Shown here: positions 53,962-64,000 of the stretch, in pieces
Numbering within the stretch: the first letter of the stretch is position 1
Layout: every line of letters begins with the position of its first letter
DNA from: Rickettsiales bacterium
GTDB taxonomy: Bacteria; Pseudomonadota; Alphaproteobacteria; UBA8366
DNA: 64,000 nt
Assembly (NCBI GenBank): GCA_038131165.1
Contig: JAYPOZ010000011.1
Coordinates: 4,121 to 68,120, forward strand
Direction of reading: 5' to 3'
Program-made: the position numbers and the translations under genes
The notes under the pieces: generated by a model
The model's input: the letters and a program-made list of their open reading frames with translations, nothing else
Databases searched by the model: none
What the model was told of the DNA's origin: nothing

Positions 53962-54849
53962 CTAGAAAGGCTTGTCGCCCTTGACCGTGATCTTGTGCAC
54001 ACAGCGGCGCACGCCCTGGTAATCGTTGAGCGCGTAGTGTTGGCAGCAGCGATTGTCCCACATGGTCAAGGTGCCGACCCGCCAGCGCACGCGGCAGGTG
54101 AATTCGGGCCGGCTCGAATGCGCCATCAGGTATGTCAGCAGGGGCGCGCTTTCCTCCTCCGTCATGCCGTCGATCTGCACCGTATGGGCGCCGACATAGA
54201 GCGATTTGCGGCCGGTCTCCGGGTGGGTGCGCACGAGCGGATGGACGGAGACGGTCTGCACGTCGGGGTCCGGTTCCTTCTGCGGCGTGGTGGCCTGGCC
54301 GGCAGCCTGCAATTCGGCGCGGGTCTTGCCGCGGAAATTCTTTCGGCTATTGCCGTCGTTCACGCCCTTGAGGCGGTTCAGCATCGCCTTCATGCCGTCC
54401 GACAGGCTTTCATAGGCGAGGTACTGGTTGGTGAACATCGTATCGCCGCCGAAAGGCGGCATTTCGCGGGCGATCAGGATCGTCGCCTTGGCCGGCTCCG
54501 CCGTGTACATCTGATCGGAATGCCAGAGATTGCCGTTGTTGCGTTCGGCCGTCTCCGTCTTTAGCAGCTGCAGAATTTCGGGATAGCCGTCCATCGGCTT
54601 GTTGAAAGGATGGATGTGGATTTCGCCCCATCGCCGCGCAAAGGCGAGGTGGTCGTCCGGCGTCATGTCCTGATCGCGGAAATAAATGACGTGGTGATCC
54701 AGCCAGGCGCGGTGCACCTCTTCGAAGGTTGCGTCGTCGAGATTCGTCAGGTCCACGCCGCCGATCTCGGCGCCGAGCGCCCCGGCCAGCGGTGTCACGG
54801 AAATTCGGGAATAGCTATCGTCGCTGCGTGCTGCCAATCCTTCGGGCAT
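53962..54849 (-). CDS. TauD/TfdA-family Fe(II)/2-oxoglutarate dioxygenase (second copy)
   Basis: ORF 53962..54867 trimmed to ATG 54849 (GGAGAG RBS). Motifs NLWHSDQMY (HxD), FGGDTMFTN and WDNRCCQHYA. Confidence 0.8.
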   Translation of the reverse strand: MPEGLAARSDDSYSRISVTPLAGALGAEIGGVDLTNLDDATFEEVHRAWLDHHVIYFRDQDMTPDDHLAFARRWGEIHIHPFNKPMDGYPEILQLLKTETAERNNGNLWHSDQMYTAEPAKATILIAREMPPFGGDTMFTNQYLAYESLSDGMKAMLNRLKGVNDGNSRKNFRGKTRAELQAAGQATTPQKEPDPDVQTVSVHPLVRTHPETGRKSLYVGAHTVQIDGMTEEESAPLLTYLMAHSSRPEFTCRVRWRVGTLTMWDNRCCQHYALNDYQGVRRCVHKITVKGDKPF

Positions 54850-54880
54850 GTTCCACTCTCCAAGCAATACCTCGTCATAA

Positions 54881-55972
<1,092 letters not shown>

Positions 55973-56042
55973 CGGCTTGCGGCGCGCTCTCGGGGCGCTA
56001 GATTTGAAGACTGTGAGACAACCAACCAGAAAAGAGGAAACG

Positions 56043-56489
56043 ATGGCCTTACCGGAAATCGGCAGTGTGCCGCCGGCCTTCACGTTGCCTAATCAAGACG
56101 GGCAGAACGTGAGTCTGTCGGACCATGCCGGCAAACACGTCGTGCTGTGGTTCTATCCACGCGCTTTCGGCAACAATTGAACCAAGCAAGCCCACGGGTT
56201 CCGTGCTAGAGCCCAGGAATTTGCCGAGAAGAACGCCGTTGTTCTGGGGATTACCTTCAGCCCGACGGAGGATTTGAAGAAATGGCGCGACGAGGTCGGA
56301 TTGCCGAGCGAATTGCTTTGCGACACCGATAAGTCCGTTGCCATGGCCTACGGTGCTGCCGAAAACGCTGATCAGGAACGCCCGAAACGCATGGGAATCC
56401 ACATCGGCCCCGACGGCAAGGTCACGAAGGCCTACGAGGTCGAGGATGCGGAGGGGCACGCGGTTGCCGCGCTGAACGACCTGGCCTGA
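56043..56489 (+). CDS. Bcp-type peroxiredoxin with in-frame TGA at the peroxidatic Cys position (candidate selenoprotein; otherwise a nonsense pseudogene)
   Basis: ORFs 55977..56180 and 56274..56489 share one frame and are separated only by TGA at 56178-56180. The joined product reads MALPEIGSVPPAFTLPNQDGQNVSLSDHAGKHVVLWFYPRAFGNN-U-TKQAHGFRARAQEFAEKNAVVLGITFSPTEDLKKW... AGAGGAAA RBS lies before ATG 56043. Confidence 0.6.
56187..56209 (+). promoter_or_regulatory. SECIS-like hairpin downstream of the in-frame TGA
   Basis: CACGG (56193-56197), GTT, CCGTG (56201-56205), starting 12 nt after the TGA. The apical loop starts with G. A lower stem is possible (G56190-C56206, A56189-U56207) with a CC bulge. 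Confidence 0.5.
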
Positions 56490-56612
56490 CCTTAGGCGGC
56501 GGTCTCCGATCCCGGAGGGAGTCGAGGAAAGTCGGGTTCGAAACATTCCGTATGAGGCGTTGGCCGGCGGGCAAGAGATTGCCCGAGCGGGACGGCACCG
56601 GGAATCGGGGAC

Positions 56613-58130
56613 ATGGACATTCAGACATGTGACGGTGGCGATATCGCGTTTGGCGGTATCGCCGCCGCAATTCGAAACCACGCGCGTTCTCGGTCGCTCG
56701 AGACGGCGCTTGTCTTCGATCGTGAGGAGATGTCCTGGGAGGCGCTGGCCATTGCGGTCGAAAGGCTCGGGGATCGTTTTGCGTCGATCGACGCGGGCGG
56801 TAAAATCGCGCTGTCCCTGCCGAATTCACAGGCCCTCGTATTGTTGATCCTGGGTGCCATCCGAGCGTCGAGGCAGGTTCAGGTCCTGGATCCGGATTGG
56901 CCGCCGGACATTCGGGAACCGGTTCTCCAAACGTTGAAGCCGAAGTCGATCGTCGCCAATGTCGGTATCCAGGGGGGCGAATGCATCGACCCCTATGGCG
57001 CAATCGACGAAATTCTGACGGGTTTGGGGTGCGACGGACGGGCAGCATTCGAAGCGTTGCCGCCCGGCGATCCGAGCCGGATTTTCTATACCGGGTTTAC
57101 ATCGGGTTCTACCGGGACGCCGAAAGGTTTCCAGCGGAGCGAACAATCTTGGATCGACAGCTTTCGTGGCGACAATGTCGAATTTTCCTTCACGCCCGAT
57201 GATGTCTTCGTCGCTTTGGGGAGCTTGGCGCACTCGTTGTTTCTGTATGCGGTCTTGCGGGGACTTTATGCCGGTGGAACGACAGTGTTTTTCCGTCAAT
57301 TCCGTCCTGACAGAATTCTCCGACGTCTTGCCGAACGACGGGGCAGCGTCGTCTACGGTGTTCCCACCCAATACGATGCCATGGCGTCGGTCGCGGAGGC
57401 CTCCGGCGCGCGCTGTCCCACGGTACGCATCGTGCTTTCTTCGGGCGCAAAACTACCGGGCGCATTGAAGCAAAGATTGCGAAAGGTGTTTCCGCAGGCG
57501 GAGATTTGCGAGTTTTACGGCACATCCGAACAGAGTTACGTGACGGTTGCGCGCGACGGCGAAACGCCTCTCGGCTCCGTAGGACGGGCCTTTCCGGGTG
57601 TGGATATCTCAATCCGAGACACCTCCGGTCACGCCCAGCCGACGGGCGGGACGGGACACGTCTTCGCCTCGAGCGCGCTCTTGTTTCGAGACTACGAACT
57701 CGCGGTCAACCCAGCCCTGGTACGGGTCGGCGAGGCGATCAGCGTCGGTGATGTCGGGTACCTCGACAGCAAGGGGTATCTCTATCTCGTCGGCCGGTCC
57801 GACCGGATGATTATCTCTTCGGGAAAGAACATCTATCCGGAGGAGGTCGAGAATGTGCTGATCGGCCATCCTTCGATAGCGGCCGCAGCGGTCATCGGTA
57901 TCTCCGATCCGAGAAGGGGAAGCCGGTTGCTGGCGGTCCTGCGGGTAACAGAGGCTCCGCCCGACCTGCGGCGCGACCTGATTTCTTGGTGCCGCGAGAG
58001 ACTTCCGCTCTACAAGGTGCCGATGGTGTACGTGGAGTGTTCGGATTGGCCCCTGACAGCGTCGCATAAGACGAACCTGCCAGTGCTCCGTTCGTTGGTG
58101 AAGGCCGGCAAGTTGCCGGAAATATCGTGA
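56613..58130 (+). CDS. AMP-dependent synthetase/ligase (acyl-CoA ligase family)
   Basis: 505-aa ORF. Motifs YTGFTSGSTGTPKG, EFYGTSE, GDVGYLDSKGYLYLVGRSDRMIISSGKNIYPEEVE. Confidence 0.85.
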   Translation: MDIQTCDGGDIAFGGIAAAIRNHARSRSLETALVFDREEMSWEALAIAVERLGDRFASIDAGGKIALSLPNSQALVLLILGAIRASRQVQVLDPDWPPDIREPVLQTLKPKSIVANVGIQGGECIDPYGAIDEILTGLGCDGRAAFEALPPGDPSRIFYTGFTSGSTGTPKGFQRSEQSWIDSFRGDNVEFSFTPDDVFVALGSLAHSLFLYAVLRGLYAGGTTVFFRQFRPDRILRRLAERRGSVVYGVPTQYDAMASVAEASGARCPTVRIVLSSGAKLPGALKQRLRKVFPQAEICEFYGTSEQSYVTVARDGETPLGSVGRAFPGVDISIRDTSGHAQPTGGTGHVFASSALLFRDYELAVNPALVRVGEAISVGDVGYLDSKGYLYLVGRSDRMIISSGKNIYPEEVENVLIGHPSIAAAAVIGISDPRRGSRLLAVLRVTEAPPDLRRDLISWCRERLPLYKVPMVYVECSDWPLTASHKTNLPVLRSLVKAGKLPEIS

Positions 58131-59269
58131 TGAAGGCCTCCATTGCCGCAGGGCGCCGGACGCCGGTGGCGGTACGCGGCGGAAAATTCGCCGAAGCGGA
58201 AATCGCCGATTTGGCGGGGCCGGTGATGGCGCAATCCCTGAGAGATGCGGGCATTCAACCTGACAGGGTCGATGCGGTCATTCTGGGCAATGCCCTCTAT
58301 GGCGGCGGCAATCCCGCACGGGTCGCTGCCCTGGCGGCGGGTCTGCCGGAATCCGTAGCGGCGATGACGGTCGACACCCAGTGTTGCAGCGGCCTCGATG
58401 CGATCGCGCTCGCGCGCTCGCAAATACTGTCGGGGCAGGCGGAGGTCGTGATCGCCGGCGGTGTCGAAAGTTACAGCCGTGCGCCGATACGCCAACGCCG
58501 CCCGAGATCGCCGCTGGAGCCGCCGCAGTCCTATGAGAGACCGCCCTTTACGCCGTGGCCGGAACGCGATCCCGACATGCTTGAAGCGGCAGCCGCATTG
58601 GCGTTGCGGCTCAAGGTCAGCCGCGAGCGGCAGGCGGAATATGCCGTGTTCAGTCATCGCCGGGCCCGCGACGATCTCTTCGGTCCGGACGAGATCGTCG
58701 CGATTGGCGACGTGGCGCGGGATGAATTTACGCGACATCTCACGCCGGCCCTGTGCGCGCGATTGAATGTCTTGGCGGGAGAGGAGACATGCGGCGTAAC
58801 GGCCGCGACGACGGCCGTCGAAGCGGATGCGGCCGCGGTCGTGGTGGTCGTCGCCGATGGCGTTCTGAGAACGCTGGCGGTGACGGGAAGAGAGGTCGGC
58901 ATTCTCGCGGCGGACGCGCGCGGAGGTGATCCGGAATGCCCGGCGCTGGCGCCGATTGCCGCCGCGAACGCTGCGCTCTCGCGCGCCGGATTGCGGGCGC
59001 GGGATATCGATGTCGCGGAGATCATGGAGGCCTTCGCCGTGCAGGCCATGGCGTGTATCGAGGGGATCGGATTGGACTTTGAACGCGTCAACCGCCGCGG
59101 CGGCGCCTTGGCGAGAGGGCACCCGATCGGCGCGTCGGGAGCGATTCTGGCGGTTCGCTTGTTCCACGATCTGCGCCGCGGGAATTCCGACCGGTATGGT
59201 CTCGCGGCGATTGCGGCCGCGGGCGGTCTCGGGAGCGCGTTGGTTTTGGCGGCGGGAGACAGGACTTGA
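58130..59269 (+). CDS. thiolase-family protein (non-canonical active site)
   Basis: ORF 58127..59269, with ATG 58130 overlapping the ligase TGA. Nucleophile context VDTQCCSGLDAI. Motif GHPIGASGA is present. The C-terminus reads AAIAAAGGLGSA. Confidence 0.8.
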   Translation: MKASIAAGRRTPVAVRGGKFAEAEIADLAGPVMAQSLRDAGIQPDRVDAVILGNALYGGGNPARVAALAAGLPESVAAMTVDTQCCSGLDAIALARSQILSGQAEVVIAGGVESYSRAPIRQRRPRSPLEPPQSYERPPFTPWPERDPDMLEAAAALALRLKVSRERQAEYAVFSHRRARDDLFGPDEIVAIGDVARDEFTRHLTPALCARLNVLAGEETCGVTAATTAVEADAAAVVVVVADGVLRTLAVTGREVGILAADARGGDPECPALAPIAAANAALSRAGLRARDIDVAEIMEAFAVQAMACIEGIGLDFERVNRRGGALARGHPIGASGAILAVRLFHDLRRGNSDRYGLAAIAAAGGLGSALVLAAGDRT

Positions 59270-59718
59270 TCCGCGTCCCCACACCGGCCGATTGCGCCGC
59301 TCATCTCGGTGAGACCATCGTTGGCGCCGAGGCGGTAACAATCTCGGGTCGTGAAATCGATGCGTTCACGAAAATTTCCGGCGACCGCCAATGGATACAT
59401 GGCCCGGGCGCCGAGCGGCGGATCGTGCCCGGAAATTTTCTGATCGCCTTGCTTCCGCGCATGATACAGAGCTGTCTCGTCGCGGAGACTTTCACGCGGT
59501 GCCTGACGGTAAAATACGCGGCCATACGCTTTCGCCATCCGGTGAGCGAAGGCGCTGCGATCGGTGTTTCGATACGGATTATAGAGGTTCGCAATCGGGC
59601 GGCGGGCACGTTCGTGACCCTGGATGTCCGCTTGACGGACCAGGCGAGCGGAAACGAATGCCTGAGTGCCACGGTCACCGACTATTATGAAACAGAGGCC
59701 GCGCCGGATGCGGGTTAG
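59266..59718 (+). CDS. MaoC-like (hotdog-fold) dehydratase domain protein
   Basis: 150-aa ORF with a TTG start overlapping the thiolase TGA. Motifs FTKISGDRQWIH and VPGNFLIALLP are typical of MaoC. Confidence 0.65.
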   Translation: MIRVPTPADCAAHLGETIVGAEAVTISGREIDAFTKISGDRQWIHGPGAERRIVPGNFLIALLPRMIQSCLVAETFTRCLTVKYAAIRFRHPVSEGAAIGVSIRIIEVRNRAAGTFVTLDVRLTDQASGNECLSATVTDYYETEAAPDAG

Positions 59719-60740
59719 GGCGTCGGCGCGTCTTCCCTGAGAAGGCCTTCCGCTTTCAGCTCCGCCCATACATCGTCCGGAATATCGTGGCGCATTGCCG
59801 CGACGTTGGCGGTTACCTGGTCCGGATGATTGGCTCCCGGGATGACCGAGGCGACCGCCGGATGGTGCAACGGAAACTGCAGCGCGGCGGCCGACAATGG
59901 CACGCCGTGGCGCGCGCAGACCGCCGCGATGCCGCGTGCCTTGGCCATGATCTCGCTTTCGGCCGGTTGGTAGGCGTAGAGAGCGCCGTCCCTGGGTCCC
60001 GTCGCGAGGATGCCGGACGCGAAGACCGCGCCGATGACGATCCCGACTCCGCGATCCGCGCACAGCGGCAAATCCTCGTCGAGAGCGGGTTGATCCAACA
60101 GCGTATAAGGCATCGCCATCAGGAAATAATTGAGGTCGCAATACTCGAGGAAGCGCGGGATCAGGCCGGTGAAGTTCATCCCGGCCCCGATGGCGCCGAT
60201 CTCGCCCGATGCCCGCAACTCGGCCAGCGCCGCATAGCCGCCGCCGTCGATCAACTGCCGGAATCCGGCTTGCACGCCGTCCTCGGTCTTCTGATGCCGC
60301 CAGTCCAGGTCGTGGATCACCAACGCATCGACCGTGTTGATGCCAAGCCGCTGCAGGCTCTGCTCATAGGACCGCAGTATCCCGTCCCGCGTGTAGTCGA
60401 ACCGCAATTCGAAATGCAGGCCGCCTTTCCAGCGCGGGAAGTCGAAGGTGGCGGGATCGGCGGGGCGTGAATAGACGCGGCCGACCTTCGTGCTCAGCCG
60501 GAAATCGCCGCGCGGGCGCTGCCGCAGATGATGGCCGATGCGGTGTTCGCTCTTGGTGTTGCCGTACCAGGGGGCGGTGTCGAAGAACCGGATGCCGCCG
60601 TCATACGCAGCGGCAAGGGTGGCCTGGGCTTGGTCTTCCGGAATGGCGCCATCCGGGTCGCCCAACGGCACACCTCCGAAACCGAGCTGCGTGACCTCGA
60701 GGCGGCTTCGGCCGACCCTGCGCTTTGCCGACGGGTCCAT
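59715..60740 (-). CDS. aldo/keto reductase
   Basis: 341-aa ORF. Motifs LGFGGVPLG, FFDTAPWYG, STKVGR and VIHDLD. Its stop overlaps the convergent MaoC stop. Confidence 0.85.
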   Translation of the reverse strand: MDPSAKRRVGRSRLEVTQLGFGGVPLGDPDGAIPEDQAQATLAAAYDGGIRFFDTAPWYGNTKSEHRIGHHLRQRPRGDFRLSTKVGRVYSRPADPATFDFPRWKGGLHFELRFDYTRDGILRSYEQSLQRLGINTVDALVIHDLDWRHQKTEDGVQAGFRQLIDGGGYAALAELRASGEIGAIGAGMNFTGLIPRFLEYCDLNYFLMAMPYTLLDQPALDEDLPLCADRGVGIVIGAVFASGILATGPRDGALYAYQPAESEIMAKARGIAAVCARHGVPLSAAALQFPLHHPAVASVIPGANHPDQVTANVAAMRHDIPDDVWAELKAEGLLREDAPTP

Positions 60741-60741
60741 G

Positions 60742-61596
60742 TCAGACGTCGAGCCGCCAGGCGTCTCCGTCCTTCTTCAGATGGCCCGCGGTCGGCGTTG
60801 CGAAATGGGTTCCGATGACCAATGTCGGTGAGCCGGCCAACCGTTCGTACATCGAGCGCCGGGTTGCGATCGCCTGTGCCGGGTCGCTGTCCGGGGCGGA
60901 GCTCCACTCCGGATGCGCGAACTGACATGGGTGGTGCAGAAAATCGCCGGTGATCAGCGCGCTCTCGCCCTTCGATTCGATCAACACGCTGGCGTGTCCC
61001 GGGGTGTGTCCCGGGGTCGGCACCAGGCGCACCTCCGGGCATATTTCGTGATCCTGCTGCACGAGGTCCACGAGGCCCGCGTCGAAGACCGGCAGGATCG
61101 AATCGGTCATCAACTGATCCAACCCTTCTCGGTCATGGGTGCGCCAGTGATTGAACTCGACCTCGCCGTAGAGATATCGGGCATTCTCGAAGGTCGGGAC
61201 CCACTTACCGTCGACCAGCATGGTGTTCCAGCCGACGTGATCCACGTGCAGATGCGTGCACATGACGTTGTCGATGCTGTTGCGCGGATAGCCCGCATCT
61301 TCCAAATCCTTCAGGAAACCGGTCTGCAGCTTGTTCCAGGGCGGCACGTCCCGCTCCTTATCGTTGCCGATACAGGTGTCGACGACGATCCGCCGGTCCG
61401 GAGTCTCGACCACCAGGGCATGGATCGCGCCGCGCAGCCGTCCGTCTTCGTCGGCGAAATGGGGCTGCAGCCATTTGATCTCGCGCACCAGTTCCCGTTT
61501 GGCGCCGGGTATGATCCGGCTCATGCCGCCGGTCGCTTCGATTTCGACGATCCGGGTGATTTTTACATCGCCGATCTGCCAGACTTCGCCCACCAT
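60742..61596 (-). CDS. MBL-fold metallo-hydrolase (paralog of 51804..52682)
   Basis: 284-aa ORF. Motifs CTHLHVDHVGWN, DGKWVPTFENARYL and PTPGHTPGH. Confidence 0.8.
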   Translation of the reverse strand: MVGEVWQIGDVKITRIVEIEATGGMSRIIPGAKRELVREIKWLQPHFADEDGRLRGAIHALVVETPDRRIVVDTCIGNDKERDVPPWNKLQTGFLKDLEDAGYPRNSIDNVMCTHLHVDHVGWNTMLVDGKWVPTFENARYLYGEVEFNHWRTHDREGLDQLMTDSILPVFDAGLVDLVQQDHEICPEVRLVPTPGHTPGHASVLIESKGESALITGDFLHHPCQFAHPEWSSAPDSDPAQAIATRRSMYERLAGSPTLVIGTHFATPTAGHLKKDGDAWRLDV

Positions 61597-61740
61597 GTTC
61601 TATTCCCCCGATTGAACCCTGTATCGTAACTAACATCGGCGGAACGGGCGCGTTGGCCAGCCCCAGCGGGCCTTGCCCGGACAGTGCTTCCCCCAACATC
61701 ACTAAATAACGGTTGATTAAAACCTGATTGGGAGAGTGTG

Positions 61741-63207
61741 ATGAGCGCCGCCACAGAAATCTCGCCGTCCGAGGAGATCCGCGCCAAATTGAATCACCCG
61801 GTGGTCGATTGCGACGGCCATTACATCGAGTTCATGCCGTATTACCTCGATTTCGTCGAAGAGGTCGCGGGCGCCGAGATGGTCGAGACCTTCCGCCGGA
61901 ATCACATCGGCGAGGGCCGGTTGACGCCGACCCGCTGGCACAACATGTCGCGCGAACAGCGCCAGCATCAGCTGCGCTGGCGCCGTCCGTTCTACGCGTT
62001 GCCGACGAAACTGGTGCAGGACCGCGCCACATCGATGATCCCGAGACTCCTCTACCGCCGGATGGACGAGCTTGGCGTCGATTTCAGCGTGCTTTACCCG
62101 ACCCTCGGACTCGACATGCTGTTCATCAAGAACGACGAGATCAGGCAGGCGGCGTGCCGCGCCCTCAACAAGATGAATGCGGCGGTCTGGGCCGAATTCT
62201 CGGACCGCATGGCGCCGGTCGCCGCCATTCCGACGACGACGCCCGAGGAAGGAATTTCCGAACTCGACTACGCCATTGGCGAGCTGGGCCTCAAGGGAAT
62301 CATGATTTCCGGCAACGTCCACCGGCATGTGCCGCAGGTCGAGGAAGAGGCGCCCGAATGGGCGCGCCATGCGATGTGGTACGACCACATGGCGATGGAC
62401 AGCAAGTACGACTACGACCCGTTCTGGGCGAAATGCGTGGAGCATAAGGTGGCGCCGACGTCGCATGCGGGCCATCAGGGCATCGGCAGCATGAAATCGA
62501 TCTCAAGCTACGTCTACAATCACATCGGCAGTTTCAATCACGCCAATCACGCCTTCTGCAAGGCGGTGTTCCTGGGTGGGGTGGCGAAGCGCTTCCCGAC
62601 CCTGAAGTTCGGTTACCTCGAAGGCGGGGTCGGTTGGGCCGTCAACCTGCTCGCCGACATCACGGAGCATTGGGAGAAGCGTAATAAAGACGCGATTTCG
62701 AACTTCGATCCGAAGAACCTGGATGTCGATGCGCTGGCGGACTATTTCCGCGAACTCGGCACGGAGATGATCGCGGGACGCGAGGACACGTTCACGGCGT
62801 ATCTGGCGACTCTGAAGGCTGATTTCGAGAACCCCGAAGAATTGGACGAGTTCGCGGCCTGCGGCTGCGAGACCCGCGACGACATCCGCGACCAGTTCCG
62901 CAACTTCTTCTTCGGCTGCGAGGCCGACGACAAGATCAATGCGAGCGCCTTCCAGGGCGACAAGTCGCTCCACTTCAACGCCATGTTTAGCTCCGACATT
63001 TCGCATTGGGATGTGCCAGACATGCGGGAGTGCGTCTCGGAAGCCTACGAGTTGGTCGAGCATGGCCACCTGACCGATGCGGATTTCGAGGATTTCATGT
63101 TCACCAATCCGGCCCGCCTGCATGCGGGCATGAACCCCGATTTCTTCAAGGGAACCCGCGTCGAGGGCGCGGTCGAGAAGCTGAAGGCGGACGGGAAGCT
63201 GAACTGA
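61741..63207 (+). CDS. amidohydrolase-2 (ACMSD-like) family metal-dependent hydrolase/decarboxylase
   Basis: ORF 61738..63207, with ATG 61741 preferred behind GGGAGAG. Motifs VVDCDGHYIEF and FSSDISHWD. Longer than typical family members. Confidence 0.65.
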   Translation: MSAATEISPSEEIRAKLNHPVVDCDGHYIEFMPYYLDFVEEVAGAEMVETFRRNHIGEGRLTPTRWHNMSREQRQHQLRWRRPFYALPTKLVQDRATSMIPRLLYRRMDELGVDFSVLYPTLGLDMLFIKNDEIRQAACRALNKMNAAVWAEFSDRMAPVAAIPTTTPEEGISELDYAIGELGLKGIMISGNVHRHVPQVEEEAPEWARHAMWYDHMAMDSKYDYDPFWAKCVEHKVAPTSHAGHQGIGSMKSISSYVYNHIGSFNHANHAFCKAVFLGGVAKRFPTLKFGYLEGGVGWAVNLLADITEHWEKRNKDAISNFDPKNLDVDALADYFRELGTEMIAGREDTFTAYLATLKADFENPEELDEFAACGCETRDDIRDQFRNFFFGCEADDKINASAFQGDKSLHFNAMFSSDISHWDVPDMRECVSEAYELVEHGHLTDADFEDFMFTNPARLHAGMNPDFFKGTRVEGAVEKLKADGKLN

Positions 63208-63229
63208 TAAGGGGGAAAACGGGGAATTC

Positions 63230-64000
63230 ATGAAAGACTTCAACGGGAAGACGGCGGTCGTCACGGGTGCCGCCAGCGGTATTGGGAAGGCGCTGGCGTT
63301 GGCCTTCGCCGAACGGGGCGCGAATGTCGTTTTGGCGGATGTCGAGGCGGTGGCGCTCGAGGCGGCACGGCGGGAGGTCGCGGCAATGGGGGGAGAGGCC
63401 ATTGCGGTCGCGACCGATGTCACCGAGGAAGCACAGGTAGAGGCGCTGGCCGACGCGGCCTGGGAGCGATTCGGCGGCGTGCAATTGGTGTGCAACAACG
63501 CGGGCGTGTTGATCCGGGGCAGTATGCTGGAGGCGGCGCGCGCGGATTGGGAATGGATACTCGGCGTCAATCTTTGGGGTGTCATCCATGGGGTCAATGC
63601 CTTCGTGCCGCGGATGGTGGCGTCGGGCGCCGAAGGGCACATCGTCAACACGGCGTCCGAAGCCGGACATTTCGCGGGTGACGGTTATAGCGTCTACAAC
63701 ACGTCGAAATTTGCCGTGGTTGGTCTGACGGAAAGCCTGGCGCGTGACCTGCGCAACACCAGAATTGGCGTCTCGATGCTGTGTCCCGGCCAGGTCGAGA
63801 CCGGCATCTTCACCAATACCAACCGGCCGGCGGCCTTTCGCAAGGAGGGGCAGGATATCGTGCCGGAACGGCGCGTCGCCGCGAACGTCATGGAGCCTTC
63901 GGATGTCGCGGCCAAGGTTCTTGCGGGGATCGAGGCGGGTGCGCTCTATGTTTTCAGCCACGAAGAGGAGGCCCGAATGCTGATCCAGAAGCGTCACGAG
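63230..64000 (+). CDS. short-chain dehydrogenase/reductase (SDR); 3' end runs off the right edge
   Basis: Not in the ORF track because there is no stop. My translation from ATG 63230 reads MKDFNGKTAVVTGAASGIGKALALAFAERGANVVLADV ... NNAG ... YNTSKFAVVGLTESLA. It stays open to base 64000. Confidence 0.85.
   Translation, partial: MKDFNGKTAVVTGAASGIGKALALAFAERGANVVLADVEAVALEAARREVAAMGGEAIAVATDVTEEAQVEALADAAWERFGGVQLVCNNAGVLIRGSMLEAARADWEWILGVNLWGVIHGVNAFVPRMVASGAEGHIVNTASEAGHFAGDGYSVYNTSKFAVVGLTESLARDLRNTRIGVSMLCPGQVETGIFTNTNRPAAFRKEGQDIVPERRVAANVMEPSDVAAKVLAGIEAGALYVFSHEEEARMLIQKRHE

Noticed and set aside
55977-56042. TTG-initiated N-terminal extension of the peroxiredoxin ORF
   Set aside because: The ATG at 56043 has a good RBS (AGAGGAAA) and matches the usual Bcp N-terminus. 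The extension has no similarity.

Overview
High-GC chromosomal segment that looks alphaproteobacterial, based on coding style and on intergenic repeat families I recognise from memory. I call 57 protein-coding genes, two of them partial at the window edges. I saw no rRNA, tRNA, CRISPR array, transposase, integrase, prophage or recognisable defence gene. Almost every gene encodes a soluble catabolic or redox enzyme. The only regulators are one MarR and one partner-switching set, and the only transporter is one TauE-type exporter.

Main points:
1. A tightly packed 10-gene minus-strand operon (18336-31641) reads hyuA-hyuB-marR, then an XDH-type FAD subunit, a fused 2Fe2S/Moco subunit, a 6-hydroxynicotinate-reductase-like protein, UPF0280, nadC and a PhnN::AMP-phosphorylase-like fusion. 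An identical 22-bp AT-rich box occurs twice within it. I read it as an undescribed pyridine-ring / pyridine-nucleotide catabolism and PRPP-recycling locus.
2. A Bcp-type peroxiredoxin has an in-frame TGA exactly at the peroxidatic Cys position, followed by a SECIS-like hairpin. It is a candidate selenoprotein that the ORF track splits in two.
3. A visibly lower-GC island (about 14.1-18.3 kb) carries a cytoplasmic double-PAS chemoreceptor convergent with a sigma-less partner-switching operon (STAS / RsbW-like kinase / REC-PP2C). The REC-PP2C gene is interrupted by a single in-frame TAG.
4. A membrane-anchored MurF-like ligase, an alpha/beta hydrolase and a divergent Ddl-like ATP-grasp gene form a small cluster.
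5. A second hyuAB pair has a frameshifted hyuB and a REP-like double hairpin between the two subunit genes.
6. Three families of palindromic intergenic repeats are present, together with a roughly 700-bp hairpin-rich non-coding gap.

All functional calls come from motif recognition by eye. No database search was possible.
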